The notes below the pieces were generated by a model, which made no database searches, was not told the DNA's origin, and was given only the letters and a program-made list of their open reading frames with translations. The translations under genes were made by a program, and so were the position numbers. From an uncultured delta proteobacterium (lineage in GTDB: Bacteria; Desulfobacterota; Desulfobacteria; Desulfobacterales; JAFDCJ01), in NCBI GenBank assembly GCA_963769935.1, contig CAVYNY010000018.1, positions 160,001 to 224,000 on the forward strand: 64,000 nt of DNA, written 5' to 3'. This document shows, one piece after another, positions 10,978 to 21,648 of this stretch (position 1 is its first letter; every line of letters starts with the position of its first letter).

Positions 10978-13404
10978 TTAGAGATCCTTTTTAAACAGAT
11001 CTTCCGTTTCGCGGGCCTCATTCGGACGTTTAGTGTACTCGGTCGGGACGGTTCCCTCTTTAAAACATTCAAAGACCACATTTTTCGATTCCGGCACCGG
11101 CAGCAAACCCGTATCGGCATCAATTTTTGCAAACACAATGCCATCCGGCGCCTGAAAAACCTGGACCGGTTTACCTTCCAGTGCGCGCTGCATGAATCCG
11201 AGCCAGATAGGACTCGCCGCCCGAGAGCCGGTTTCACCTTTGCCCATCTGGGCTTCTTCATCTAAACCAACCCAAACGCCGGTAATAAATTCGGGGGTGT
11301 ATCCGACAAACCAGGCGTCGAACAAATTGTTGGTCGTTCCGGTTTTACCGGCAACCGGCCGTTTTAACTCTTTAACCCGCCAGCCGGTACCGAATTTGAC
11401 GACCCCCTCCAGCAGGCTGGTCATAATGTAAGCCGTACTCTTTTCGATTACCTTTTTTCTTTCCGGAGCCAATTCTTCCAACACTTTTCCATTGCGGTCC
11501 ACCACTTTCAAAATAAATACCGGTTCGACCAGGTAACCCTGGTTGGCAAAAACCGAATACGCTCTGAGAAGTTCGAGCAGAGAAACACCGGAGGATCCCA
11601 GCGCGATGGAAAGATCCCGGCTCAGATTGGACTCAATGCCAAGTTTGGCGGCATAATTTATCGCATAATCGACCCCGATGTCCTGCAATATCTTTATGGT
11701 CACCAGATTGCGTGATTGGGCCAGCGCATTTCTCAGAAGAGTGGGACCATAATAAGTTTCCTTGTAATTGCGCGGTTTCCAGGTAAAGTCACGTTCCTCG
11801 TCCTTGAAAACGATTGCGGAATCCATGATAATGGTGGCAGGCGTATAGTTTTTTTTCGGATCTTCAAATTGCTTGTCCAGGGCCGCCGCATAAATAATAG
11901 GCTTGAAGGCGGAACCCGGCTGCCTTCTGGACTGGATGGCCCGGTTGAACTGCGTCGCCTGGAAATCACGACCGCCGATCATGGCCTTTACCAGCCCGGT
12001 TCCCGCTTCGATGCACATCAGAGCCGACTGCGCGATGGGCATTTGTTCCAGCGCCGCCGACCACCTGTCTTTACCCTCTTCTTTGGCTTTTAACCGAACC
12101 AAAATCACATCCCCCACCGCAAGTGCCTGTGAGGGGTGCTTAAGTTTTGCTTCGTAATACGCAATCTCCGGATCCGGTTTGCGCGCCCAGCTCATGTCTT
12201 CGAGGGTAATCGTACCCTGTGCTTTACCCATGCGGACCGCTACCGTTTTATTACGGTCATCGACGGCAATCACAACAGCCTTCACGACGGCCTGCTCTTC
12301 AAAAGGGTCTTTATCCAGTTCGGTCTGCAGCTTTTGAGAGAAGGATTCGATTTCTTCGGGCTTTATGTGTTCCAGCGGACCGCGGTATCCTTCACGTTTA
12401 TCCAGGTCGAACAGGCCTTTCCGTATTTCCTCCCTGGCGATCTTCTGCATGTCGATGTTAACGGCGGTATAGACCTGCAATCCCTGAGTATACAGTGCTT
12501 CCTTGCCATATTTATTTTCAAGATAACGACGCACATGCTCGGTATAAAAGGGCACTTCTTCGACATACAGGTTGCGCCGGGGTTTGATGTCCAGCTGGGT
12601 ATTGATGGCTTCGGTGGCCTGGATGTTGGTGATGTAACCTTCTTCCACCATCCGGTTTAAAACATAAATCTGACGCTGCTGGGCTCTTTCCCGGTGCTTG
12701 AAGGGAGAATATTTACTGGGTGCCTGCGGCAATCCCGCCAGCATGGCGCATTCTGCCAGATTCAGGTCTTTGGCGGATTTGCCGAAATAATTTTCAGACG
12801 CCGCCTCTACGCCATAGGCTGCGTGTCCCAGATAAATCTGGTTAAGATACAGATACAGAATATCTTCTTTGGGAAAAGCCTTGTCGATTCGATAAGCCAG
12901 GATGGCTTCCTTGAATTTTCGTTTATAGCTTCGCTCCGGGGTTAAAAGAAATGATTTGGTAACCTGCTGGGTGATGGTACTGCCGCCCTGGACGATGGTG
13001 CCGGCTTCGAGATTTTTAAAAAAAGCTCTGGCAATGCTTATAAAATCGATGCCGCTATGCTTATAAAATCGCGAATCTTCCGCCGCCACAAAGGCATCAA
13101 TCAGCATGCGCGGCATTTCTGCTAACGGAATGACGATGCGACGCTCATCAAAAAACTCGGCGATTTTACGATTGTCGTCCGCATATACGGTCGTAATAAT
13201 CGAAGGCTGATAATCAGCCAACGATGTGATTTTGGGCAGATCCTTGCTGATGGAAAAATAGACGACCAGACCGGCCGCTGCGGCGCAGCCGATTAGAAAA
13301 ACACCCAGCAAAAAGGACCATAAGATAAATGTTCGGAAAAATCCCCTTTTTGCTTGCTGGGTACGCTTCTTGCGAATATCTGAATTGCTTTTTTGCTTTG
13401 ACAT
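10978..13404 (-). CDS. mrcA: Penicillin-binding protein 1A
   Basis: N-terminal TM; transglycosylase AEDSRF and GGSTITQQ; transpeptidase GSAFK, SRN and KTG. Confidence 0.95.
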   Translation of the reverse strand: MSKQKSNSDIRKKRTQQAKRGFFRTFILWSFLLGVFLIGCAAAAGLVVYFSISKDLPKITSLADYQPSIITTVYADDNRKIAEFFDERRIVIPLAEMPRMLIDAFVAAEDSRFYKHSGIDFISIARAFFKNLEAGTIVQGGSTITQQVTKSFLLTPERSYKRKFKEAILAYRIDKAFPKEDILYLYLNQIYLGHAAYGVEAASENYFGKSAKDLNLAECAMLAGLPQAPSKYSPFKHRERAQQRQIYVLNRMVEEGYITNIQATEAINTQLDIKPRRNLYVEEVPFYTEHVRRYLENKYGKEALYTQGLQVYTAVNIDMQKIAREEIRKGLFDLDKREGYRGPLEHIKPEEIESFSQKLQTELDKDPFEEQAVVKAVVIAVDDRNKTVAVRMGKAQGTITLEDMSWARKPDPEIAYYEAKLKHPSQALAVGDVILVRLKAKEEGKDRWSAALEQMPIAQSALMCIEAGTGLVKAMIGGRDFQATQFNRAIQSRRQPGSAFKPIIYAAALDKQFEDPKKNYTPATIIMDSAIVFKDEERDFTWKPRNYKETYYGPTLLRNALAQSRNLVTIKILQDIGVDYAINYAAKLGIESNLSRDLSIALGSSGVSLLELLRAYSVFANQGYLVEPVFILKVVDRNGKVLEELAPERKKVIEKSTAYIMTSLLEGVVKFGTGWRVKELKRPVAGKTGTTNNLFDAWFVGYTPEFITGVWVGLDEEAQMGKGETGSRAASPIWLGFMQRALEGKPVQVFQAPDGIVFAKIDADTGLLPVPESKNVVFECFKEGTVPTEYTKRPNEARETEDLFKKDL

Positions 13405-13546
13405 GTTTAATAAAAAGGATTTGACATTAATTTCTGTAACGGTTACTCAAGAGGGTTTAAAAAATCTCTTGGCAGGGTTCGACATTATCAGGGCAAACCG
13501 ATTGAATAATTTATAATAGCGCCTTATGCCGCCAAATTCAACATCA

Positions 13547-13651
13547 TAATTAATCCGCCCTGAATAATAGCGACATGAGGTGGAGCTGAAATATTTTTGT
13601 ACTTTTAAATCTTATGAGCCTATTTTGACGCTGGCCCGGGCGGATTAATTA
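13547..13651 (+). repeat. 105-bp MITE-like element with perfect 14-bp terminal inverted repeats
   Basis: taattaatccgccc (13547-13560) and gggcggattaatta (13638-13651). Confidence 0.8.
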
Positions 13652-13732
13652 ATAATTTCTGAAAATTAGTCGCTCAAAGGCCCATGAATACCGAGTCTAT
13701 TTGCTAACAAATGGAAAATGCGGAGTAATTAA

Positions 13733-14110
13733 ATGATCCAGCTGGACTTTAAAAAAACCGGGGGACTGATACCCGCAATCGTTCAGGATGAAGCAACCGG
13801 AGAAATATTAATGCTGGCTTATATGAATCAGCAGGCCTTTGCGGTTACGCTGTCGACCGGAAAAGCCACCTATTACAGCCGCAGCCGACAAACGTTGTGG
13901 GTTAAGGGGGAAACCTCCGGCAATGTTCAGCTGGTAAAAGAAATTCGAATTGACTGTGACAATGATACCATACTTTTAAAAGTTGAGCAGCTCGGCCGGG
14001 CAGCATGCCACACCGGACATCGCAGCTGCTTTTACAAAAAGGTTGAAAATGGTTCTATCCGGATTATGGGGGAGCCGTTGTTCGATCCCAAGGAGGTATA
14101 CGATAAGTGA
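13733..14110 (+). CDS. hisI: Phosphoribosyl-AMP cyclohydrolase
   Basis: [21 protein letters not shown] and [10 protein letters not shown]. Confidence 0.96.
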   Translation: MIQLDFKKTGGLIPAIVQDEATGEILMLAYMNQQAFAVTLSTGKATYYSRSRQTLWVKGETSGNVQLVKEIRIDCDNDTILLKVEQLGRAACHTGHRSCFYKKVENGSIRIMGEPLFDPKEVYDK

Positions 14111-14982
14111 ATAAACTTCTGAAATTGGGAATACCCAAAGGAAGCCTTCAAAACGCAACCATCGCATTGTTTAAGCGCTCCGGTTGGAATATTAATGTGA
14201 ACGGAAGAAGCTATTTTCCCGAAATTGATGATGATTCGATCGACTGTGCCATATGCCGGGCCCAGGAAATGTCCCGCTATGTAGAAAGCGGTACCCTGGA
14301 TGCGGGACTTACCGGCAAGGATTGGATTGCCGAAAATGAATCGGATGTGCACGTCGTCACGGACCTGGTGTATTCAAAGGTCAGTTCCCGTCCCGCCCGC
14401 TGGGTGGTAGCTGTTCCCTTCGACTCACCGTTCAGGAAAATTGAAGATTTGGCCGGCAAAAAGATTTCGACCGAACTCACGGGATTCACCAGACGCTATT
14501 TCGCCGAACGCGATATTAATGTAATCGTCGAATTTTCCTGGGGGGCCACAGAAGGCAAAGTCGTATCCGGACTGGCCGACGCCATTGTAGAGGTTACCGA
14601 AACCGAGAGCACGATAAAAGCCCATGGCCTGCGTATTATTCATGAGGTGATGCAAACCAACACCCAGCTGATCGTAAACCACCAATCCTGGAACGATCCG
14701 CAGAAAAAGAAAAAAATCAAGCAGATTGCGCTGCTGCTCCAGGGCGCCCTATTGGGTGAAAAAATGGTGGGCCTTAAAATGAATGTGCCGGAGAATCTGA
14801 TGGAAGCGGTCATGGCTTTGCTTCCGAGCCTGAATGCACCAACGGTTGCATCGCTGTACCAGTCTAGCTGGTTCTCCGTGGAAGTCGTCGTCAGCGAGGA
14901 AATAGTTCGGGAGCTTATCCCTCAATTGCTCGAACACGGGGCGGAAGGGATAATAGAGTATCCGCTGAACAAGGTGATTTAA
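14107..14982 (+). CDS. hisG: ATP phosphoribosyltransferase, long form
   Basis: [21 protein letters not shown] and a C-terminal regulatory domain. Confidence 0.95.
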   Translation: MNKLLKLGIPKGSLQNATIALFKRSGWNINVNGRSYFPEIDDDSIDCAICRAQEMSRYVESGTLDAGLTGKDWIAENESDVHVVTDLVYSKVSSRPARWVVAVPFDSPFRKIEDLAGKKISTELTGFTRRYFAERDINVIVEFSWGATEGKVVSGLADAIVEVTETESTIKAHGLRIIHEVMQTNTQLIVNHQSWNDPQKKKKIKQIALLLQGALLGEKMVGLKMNVPENLMEAVMALLPSLNAPTVASLYQSSWFSVEVVVSEEIVRELIPQLLEHGAEGIIEYPLNKVI

Positions 14983-15135
14983 AATAAGTGGCTTTAGCAA
15001 TGATGGTGCAATGGTGTCGTTTGCAATTGTTAATTAAATTCGAAGCCCGAATCTCGAAACAAATTTAAAATTCTTAATCTCAATGTCCGAATAGATGTTG
15101 AATTAACCAGTACTTAATACCCGGTATCCACAAAC

Positions 15136-15723
15136 ATGAACATCAAGTCCGCCGAATTTGTCACCAGCGCCACCAAGCCGTCTCAATACCCAGCGGAAGG
15201 TCTAACGGAAGTCGCTTTTGCAGGCCGTTCCAATGTCGGCAAATCCAGCCTGATCAACATCCTGGTCAACCGAAAGCATCTGGTCAAAACCAGCTCAACC
15301 CCCGGACGGACACAAACAATCAATTTTTTTGACATTAATAAAAATTTAACCTTTGTCGATTTGCCCGGCTACGGATACGCCCGCGTTCCGGAAGCCATCA
15401 AAAAAGAATGGGGGCCTATGGTCGAGACCTATCTGTCCGGCCGCCGAACGTTAAAAGCAGTGGTCGTGATCATGGATATCCGGCGCACACCCCGCCAAGA
15501 AGAGCAGAATCTAATCGAGTGGCTCGAACATCATTCAATTGCCAAAATATTGGTCCTCACCAAGGCGGATAAACTCTCAAAAGTCAAACAGGGCCGACAG
15601 CGGACGGTCCATGCCGAAATACTCGGGGTGGGCAAAGACACTCTCATTCTTTTTTCGGCTAAATCCCGATTGGGAAAAGAAGATCTGTGGCAGGCTATTG
15701 AAAATCGTCTGGGAAAACAATAA
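15136..15723 (+). CDS. engB: Ribosome biogenesis GTPase YihA/YsxC
   Basis: GRSNVGKSS, PGRT, DLPGYG and TKAD. Confidence 0.96.
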   Translation: MNIKSAEFVTSATKPSQYPAEGLTEVAFAGRSNVGKSSLINILVNRKHLVKTSSTPGRTQTINFFDINKNLTFVDLPGYGYARVPEAIKKEWGPMVETYLSGRRTLKAVVVIMDIRRTPRQEEQNLIEWLEHHSIAKILVLTKADKLSKVKQGRQRTVHAEILGVGKDTLILFSAKSRLGKEDLWQAIENRLGKQ

Positions 15724-15780
15724 ATTAATAAAGAGTTCAAGTAAAGGCCCGCCGTTTTAAAAATTTATAGGCTCAGCAAG

Positions 15781-16689
15781 ATGCAAAATATTCACGACCA
15801 GTTCGAAAATTTTAAATCCGGCTTTGTCGCAATTGCGGGCACTCCCAATGCGGGCAAATCTACGCTGCTGAATCGGATGCTTGGTGAAAAAATCTCTATT
15901 ACATCAAAAAAGCCCCAAACCACCCGCAACCGGATTTTAGGTGTTCTGCACCGTACCGGTTTACAAATAGTTTTTTACGATACCCCTGGATTATTTAAGG
16001 CGAAGGATAAACTGAACATCAGGATTGTGGATGCTGCACTCTCGGCGGTGGGGGATGCCGATTTAATTCTGGTTGTGGTCGATACCGCTCATCCGGACCT
16101 CAATTCCGAACGCTTCCTGGTAAAACAATTGCAAAGTTTGACTCGACCGGTGGTTTTAGCCCTGAACAAAATCGATCTGGTTGAAAAATCCAACTTGCTC
16201 GCAATCATTGATAAATGGGCCAAGACCTATCGATTTAAAGAGGTGGTCCCAATTTCCGCTGTGAACGGTATTCAGATTGACGAACTGATTGGAACCATGA
16301 CCAAACTATTGCCCTGCGGTCCGCCCTATTTCCCGGAAGACACGCTGACCGATGCAACCCAGCGTTTTATCGCTGCCGAGTTGATCCGCGAGCAGGTATT
16401 CCGGCTGGTCGGTGAAGAAATTCCATATGCCACGGCTGTTACTGTAGACAGTTTTAATGAGGCAAATGAGAGACACCTGGCAACCATCGAAGCGACCATC
16501 CATCTGGAACGCGACTCGCAGAAAGGCATCGTCATCGGCAAGAACGGCAGCAAACTAAAGCAGATCGGCATCCAATCCCGTGAGCAGATCGAGCACATGC
16601 TGGGGTGTAAAGTGTATTTGAAACTTTTCGTGAGGGTCCAGAAAAACTGGCGTAAAGACACCAGAGCCATCCGGCGTTTCGGTTATTAA
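15781..16689 (+). CDS. era: GTPase Era
   Basis: GTPNAGKST, PQTTR, DTPG, NKID and a KH domain with VIGKNG. Confidence 0.96.
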   Translation: MQNIHDQFENFKSGFVAIAGTPNAGKSTLLNRMLGEKISITSKKPQTTRNRILGVLHRTGLQIVFYDTPGLFKAKDKLNIRIVDAALSAVGDADLILVVVDTAHPDLNSERFLVKQLQSLTRPVVLALNKIDLVEKSNLLAIIDKWAKTYRFKEVVPISAVNGIQIDELIGTMTKLLPCGPPYFPEDTLTDATQRFIAAELIREQVFRLVGEEIPYATAVTVDSFNEANERHLATIEATIHLERDSQKGIVIGKNGSKLKQIGIQSREQIEHMLGCKVYLKLFVRVQKNWRKDTRAIRRFGY

Positions 16690-16755
16690 GCTTCCATTTC
16701 GATTTGGATCGTATCGCAGCCAGCGGGACAGGGCATGATGCTTTAATGACGGTCC

Positions 16756-17247
16756 TCAGGCGATGATATTGTCGGGTGAGTACCCCCGCTCATGCGCTAT
16801 CAACCATTCTTTACGCCATAGGCCGCCGCCGTATCCGGTCAGGCTCCCGTCGCTTCCAATTACCCGATGACACGGAATGATAATGGCGATCGGATTTTTG
16901 CCGTTGGCACTTCCGACCGCCCGGCAGGCCTTTGGTTTGCCGATAATATCGGCAATATAGGCGTAGGATACCACTGCACCGAAAGGTATTTTTTCAAGCT
17001 GACGCCAGACCAATCTTTGAAATTCCGTACCCCGGGGGGCAAGATTTAAAAAAAACTCTTTCCGTTGGCCTTCAAAATATTCAGCGATTTGCTTGGCACA
17101 CTCTTTGACACAAAACGGGAGGTCGTCATCACCAGGCTGCATTTCTTCCACGAAATCCAGCGCTAAAATGCTGTCTTGGGTCCCGATGATTTTAATAAAT
17201 CCCAGCGGTGATTTGTAATAGGCTTGATACGTTTTCATGATCGACAT
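16756..17247 (-). CDS. ogt: Methylated-DNA-protein-cysteine methyltransferase
   Basis: GTEFQ, RAVGSA, PCHRV active site and GYGGG. Confidence 0.94.
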   Translation of the reverse strand: MSIMKTYQAYYKSPLGFIKIIGTQDSILALDFVEEMQPGDDDLPFCVKECAKQIAEYFEGQRKEFFLNLAPRGTEFQRLVWRQLEKIPFGAVVSYAYIADIIGKPKACRAVGSANGKNPIAIIIPCHRVIGSDGSLTGYGGGLWRKEWLIAHERGYSPDNIIA

Positions 17248-17689
17248 TTTTACTAGAAAAGTTTAAGGAAACAGTCAGCAAATATCAAAAGCACCATTAA
17301 AAGAGCACATACTGATATGCATAGTCAAGGCAAACCATCGAAAATTTTCTTGGCCGGGCTGACGTCTTAGTCGATTCCGCACCAGTAGAATGTTTGGAAT
17401 TTTGAATTTAGGTCATTGGAATTTGTTTTAGCCCGCCCTGGCGCGACTTAGTTGGTTGAATGCATCATTCGTTTCCAGTATACAGGTTGAGGGAAAACGC
17501 ACTTTAAGTCTTAATTTGGTCTGGGCCAGGGATTTGGTTTTTGGTGCTTGAAATTTTCCGGAGGAGAGAGTCCTTTCTCATGTTTTTAGCCACAGGTTCA
17601 AATTTTAATAGTTGATATAACGTCCGAACACAATCGGTAATAAAAATCCGGCCTGAATTCCTTTTGTTCCATGGCACGATGGATGTTGC

Positions 17690-17912
17690 GATGGGATGAT
17701 TGAAAAAATGCCGCCAGTAGTGTGTGAATTCCTTGAAATCTTCGTAGACCTGGTTCTTTTGGGGATTGACGATGCTTTCTTTAAACCGCTGGGCATAGTA
17801 GTAATAGAGCAAAAAAAGAACGGTGTCTTCGTAGAGTTGGAGCTCTTTGCGGCTGACGGTCCCCCCTTTTTTCAATTGCCTTTGAATGCCGGCAATGATG
17901 ACATAAGCGCGC
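17690..17912 (-). pseudogene. Internal fragment of an unidentified protein, possibly the N-terminal region of a sigma-54 activator
   Basis: Protein-like tract ERAYVIIAG..ELQLYEDTVLFLLYYYYAQRF..YWRHFF with no credible start or end. Family assignment is from recall only. Confidence 0.35.
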
Positions 17913-18133
17913 TCCGCAATCTTGCGGGTATTGGCCTGCTGGGGTTGTTGCTGGCCAAAATCGTTTATGAAACGGCCACCGGTTCAACCATTTTTGTCGA
18001 CAACACCCAGACCAGCATGACTGCGGTGCCCCTGTCGCACCTGGCCGGCGGACTGGTCGGAATAGCAGCAGGAGCGTCGATTTTGGGTACGAAAAAGAAA
18101 ACTTTCGGCCTGGCGAATATAGGAAACCATTGA
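17910..18133 (+). pseudogene. C-terminal fragment of a rhomboid-family protease (rhombosortase-like)
   Basis: LLAKIVYETATGSTIF..AVPLSHLAGGLVG contains the rhomboid HxxG helix; the N-terminal part is absent. Confidence 0.5.
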
Positions 18134-18304
18134 ATAACTCGATTTTAATCCTTCAATTCATATTCCGCCCGGTTTTTCAATTCTCACATTCGGGCGTTGA
18201 GATTTTTCTTCCTTGGGGCTTGCATATATTCAAATCAGCATGTTAAGGGTTTATTAAATTGTAAACCGTAACTTCCATAACTGCAAAGGGAGGGATGTTA
18301 ATCC

Positions 18305-19756
18305 ATGAACGCGTCGAAATCCGTCATCATTGGATTGGCCCTCATCCTGGTGGTAGCAATCGGCTATACGCTTTACCTTTATCAAGGTCCAATTAAACGA
18401 ATTTCAACTGAAAATAAAAATCTGGCCGCAGAAATCGATCAGCTGCAGGCAAGCTCGGTAAATATGAATGCCGATTATAAAGCCCGGCTCGACGAAAAAA
18501 TCCAGCAGGTGGAAGAACTTGAAAGTAAAGTGAAAGCGTTGGAGGAGACGGTTGCCCGAGTCAATAAAGAAAAGCAATTAGCCGAATCTGCGCTCGAAAA
18601 TCTGGTTTCACAGGCCAAAAAAGAAAGGGAAAGTGTCGAAGCCGAGCTTCAATCACAAGTCGCTGGTTTGGAAACCCAGCTGACCGAAAGGCAACGCGAG
18701 CTGCAAACATCCCGCAGCGAAACCCAGCAGCTCCAAACGGCTTCCGAAGAAATGAAAGCGACCTATAAAACCGAGCTTGCCGATAAAATTCAGCTCGTGG
18801 AAAGCCTTCAAAGTAAAAGCAGCGAACTGGAAGAGACGCTTTCACGAATCAAAAAAGATGCTGAGACGCTTGAAACCGATCTGCGGGCAACGATAGAGAG
18901 CCTGAAGAATCAGCTGGCGCAATGGGACCGCGAGTTGCAAGCGTCACGCGAAGAAGTGCAAAAGCTGCGCAGCACCGTGGCCCTCCTGGCAAGCAGCCGG
19001 GAGACGCTCAGCCAAAAGTCGGCAGATCTTGACCGGCAGCTGCTGGCGTCCAAAAATCAAATTGAAGGAATGCAAAAAGAAATAGCGGACCAGAAGACAC
19101 AACTCGCAGAGGCCGCGCAAGCGCGTCAGACGCTGATGAAGGAAGTCGATTCGCTGCAAAAGGAAAAGGACGAACTCCAGCGGCTGCGAAGCGCGCTGAA
19201 AAATCAGCTCGGAATGACCCAAAGTCAGATCGCGGAGCTGTCCATGGAGACGGAGGCCAAGGAAAAACAGTTAAAGTCAAAAGAAGACCAGTTAAAGTCA
19301 ATGCAGGAGGCCTTGCAGGAACTCTCAAAACAGTTTGAAAAACAAATTACACAAAAAGAAATAGAAATCAGCGCCCTGGAAGACAAACTAAACATACGTT
19401 TGCTGGATAAAATTCTGTTTGCCTCCGGCAGCGCAGAAATTACTTCGGCCGGTCACCGGGTATTGGAAGGCCTCGCGGCTGAATTGAAAAAAATGAAGGG
19501 ATTTGAGATAGCGGTGGCGGGCCATACCGACAACAAACTCTTGGGACCCACACTCAAAAAGGTATATTATGACAATCTGGGGCTGTCGGTCGCACGTGCC
19601 GCCGCGGTCTCGCGCACACTGAGAGAGATGGGTGTCAGTCCCGACAACCTGTCTGCCGTCGGATACTCCATGTATCGCCCCGTGGCGAGCAATGACACCG
19701 TGGAGGGACGCCAGCAAAACCGCCGGGTGGAAATAATGCTGGAGCCGCTGCGTTAA
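18305..19756 (+). CDS. OmpA/MotB-family peptidoglycan-binding protein with long coiled coil
   Basis: N-terminal TM, ~330-aa heptad region, ILFASGSA, GHTD, LSVARA and NRRVEI. Confidence 0.88.
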   Translation: MNASKSVIIGLALILVVAIGYTLYLYQGPIKRISTENKNLAAEIDQLQASSVNMNADYKARLDEKIQQVEELESKVKALEETVARVNKEKQLAESALENLVSQAKKERESVEAELQSQVAGLETQLTERQRELQTSRSETQQLQTASEEMKATYKTELADKIQLVESLQSKSSELEETLSRIKKDAETLETDLRATIESLKNQLAQWDRELQASREEVQKLRSTVALLASSRETLSQKSADLDRQLLASKNQIEGMQKEIADQKTQLAEAAQARQTLMKEVDSLQKEKDELQRLRSALKNQLGMTQSQIAELSMETEAKEKQLKSKEDQLKSMQEALQELSKQFEKQITQKEIEISALEDKLNIRLLDKILFASGSAEITSAGHRVLEGLAAELKKMKGFEIAVAGHTDNKLLGPTLKKVYYDNLGLSVARAAAVSRTLREMGVSPDNLSAVGYSMYRPVASNDTVEGRQQNRRVEIMLEPLR

Positions 19757-19793
19757 AAGTTGTCTTTGTGCTTCTTGCGCAAAAGAATTGAAA

Positions 19794-20765
19794 ATGACAT
19801 TCAAACTATATCTCGCGCCGTTGCGGGGCTTTACGGACTATATCTTCCGCAATACGTTTAACCGGCATTTTAATGGCTTCGACGCCGCCGTCACACCCTT
19901 TATCTCGACCACGGAGACCAGCCGCGCTAAACTCTCTTATCTCACGGATATCCTGCCTGAAAACAACCCGGCCCTGCCCATTGTACCCCAGATCATCGGC
20001 AACAACCCCGCCTATTTTGTTCCCCTTGCCGAACAGTTGTATGAGATGGGTTATTCAACTGTAAACTGGAACCTGGGATGCCCTTATCCCATGGTGGCCA
20101 AAAAACAGCGCGGCAGCGGACTTTTGCCGTTTCCCGAAAAAATCGATGCGTTTCTGGAAAAAACACTGTCTTGCATTCCCAACCGCATGTCCATAAAAAC
20201 CCGCCTGGGCCGCAATAAGTCGAATGAAATTTTTCAACTGATGCCGATTTTCAACCGCTATCCCCTGGAAGAGATTGTCATTCATCCCAGAACCGGCAGA
20301 CAAATGTACGAAGGCGAGCCGGATCTGGAGGCTTTCGAAAAATGTATCGAATCGACGCATCACCGAATTGTCTACAACGGCGACATTACGGACCTGGCAA
20401 CGTTCCAGCGCTTCTCAACCCGCCTCAGGGCTACGGACCGCTGGATGATCGGCCGGGCAGCCGTGGCCAATCCATTTCTACCGGCCATTGTCAAGAATGG
20501 TAAAGACGACTTCATCAACAAGGTTGAAACCTTCAGGCAGTTTTACGAAGAGTTGTTCGAACGCTATCAGATGGAATTTTCGGGTCCCGGTCATTTGCTG
20601 GCCAGAATGAAGGGATTTTGGACCTATTTTTCGCAGTCGTTTGAAGACGGCCGTAATATCCGCAAAAAAATCCATCGCACCCGTAAACTCCAACGCTATT
20701 TGGATATTGTTGCGCGGTTTTTTGAAGAAGAGGCGCAATGGCAAGAATCTTCTTCCAACCATTAA
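19794..20765 (+). CDS. tRNA-dihydrouridine synthase family protein
   Basis: LAPLRG, NLGCP, GSGLL, IHPRT, YNGDI and MIGR. Confidence 0.9.
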   Translation: MTFKLYLAPLRGFTDYIFRNTFNRHFNGFDAAVTPFISTTETSRAKLSYLTDILPENNPALPIVPQIIGNNPAYFVPLAEQLYEMGYSTVNWNLGCPYPMVAKKQRGSGLLPFPEKIDAFLEKTLSCIPNRMSIKTRLGRNKSNEIFQLMPIFNRYPLEEIVIHPRTGRQMYEGEPDLEAFEKCIESTHHRIVYNGDITDLATFQRFSTRLRATDRWMIGRAAVANPFLPAIVKNGKDDFINKVETFRQFYEELFERYQMEFSGPGHLLARMKGFWTYFSQSFEDGRNIRKKIHRTRKLQRYLDIVARFFEEEAQWQESSSNH

Positions 20766-20896
20766 CGGAGAGGCGGCTGCACGGGGCGGGCGGGTTTTAC
20801 ATTCATACCTGAAATTGCGGACTAATTGATTATTTCAAAGGTGAAGTGATCGCCGTTTCCCATCTATTTTCTTTGCATTTTATGAAAAAAATTTTC

Positions 20897-20953
20897 GCCA
20901 CCAAGACGCAAAGATGAAAATTAACTAAAGGTTTTACTTCGGGTCTTGGTGGC
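20897..20953. repeat. 11-bp inverted repeat, REP-like hairpin
   Basis: gccaccaagac ... gtcttggtggc between convergent genes. Confidence 0.6.
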
Positions 20954-21003
20954 AATCTTTTCCGGCTTGTCCGGGTTAGGTTTTGAAACCAGTTCTAAAC
21001 AAG

Positions 21004-21648
21004 CTATCGTTGAAGGCCCGTATTTGCAGCTTCCCAAATCCGTTGGTACTCCGAACGAACACTTTCGTTCAGTTTATCCTTTAATTCCAGCGGCAGGTTC
21101 ATCGCAATCATTAAATCTTGAACATCGGCAAGATCGCGCATGCGATGAGTCGCACTCAATCCGGAGGCCAATTTTAGTTCAATCAGTTTATCAAGCTTAA
21201 TTACCAGAACATCGTCTTCTTCGATTGTTTGGCCTTCAGGCTCAGGAAAGGAAACCGGTTTAGGCAATCCGTCACCGGGAAATTCTCCGGCGGTAATAAT
21301 TTCGATTTTTACGTTGGTTTCGGTATCACGAAATGATTTTGCAGCACCGGGAAAATCCGCAACGTAATCTCGACCGACAAGCTTATCTCGGAACCGCGTC
21401 AGTCCTTCAGGAGTTAGCAGGATATCAACATCAAGGGTCATACGAACGTATCCATGCGCAGCCAGGGCCATGCCGCCGATAACGGCGTAAGGGATACCTT
21501 CGGTTTCCAGGCGTTGAGCCAGGCGTCTCATGGTTTCAAAAACAATACCTTTTTTCATAAAAAAGTCATCCGCTAACATAAGGACATCACGGAAAGACCT
21601 ATTTCTCCGCTTTGGAAAGTTGCCCGTTGTTGGTTTGGGAGTCGACAT
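21004..21648 (-). CDS. Pol-beta superfamily nucleotidyltransferase of unknown function
   Basis: YAVIGGMAL..RMTLDVDIL motif; C-terminal LIELKL..RDLADV. Confidence 0.8.
   Translation of the reverse strand: MSTPKPTTGNFPKRRNRSFRDVLMLADDFFMKKGIVFETMRRLAQRLETEGIPYAVIGGMALAAHGYVRMTLDVDILLTPEGLTRFRDKLVGRDYVADFPGAAKSFRDTETNVKIEIITAGEFPGDGLPKPVSFPEPEGQTIEEDDVLVIKLDKLIELKLASGLSATHRMRDLADVQDLMIAMNLPLELKDKLNESVRSEYQRIWEAANTGLQR

Noticed and set aside
21004..21648. CBASS CD-NTase
   Set aside because: Too short, motif is GGxA rather than GS, and no effector or Cap genes are adjacent.
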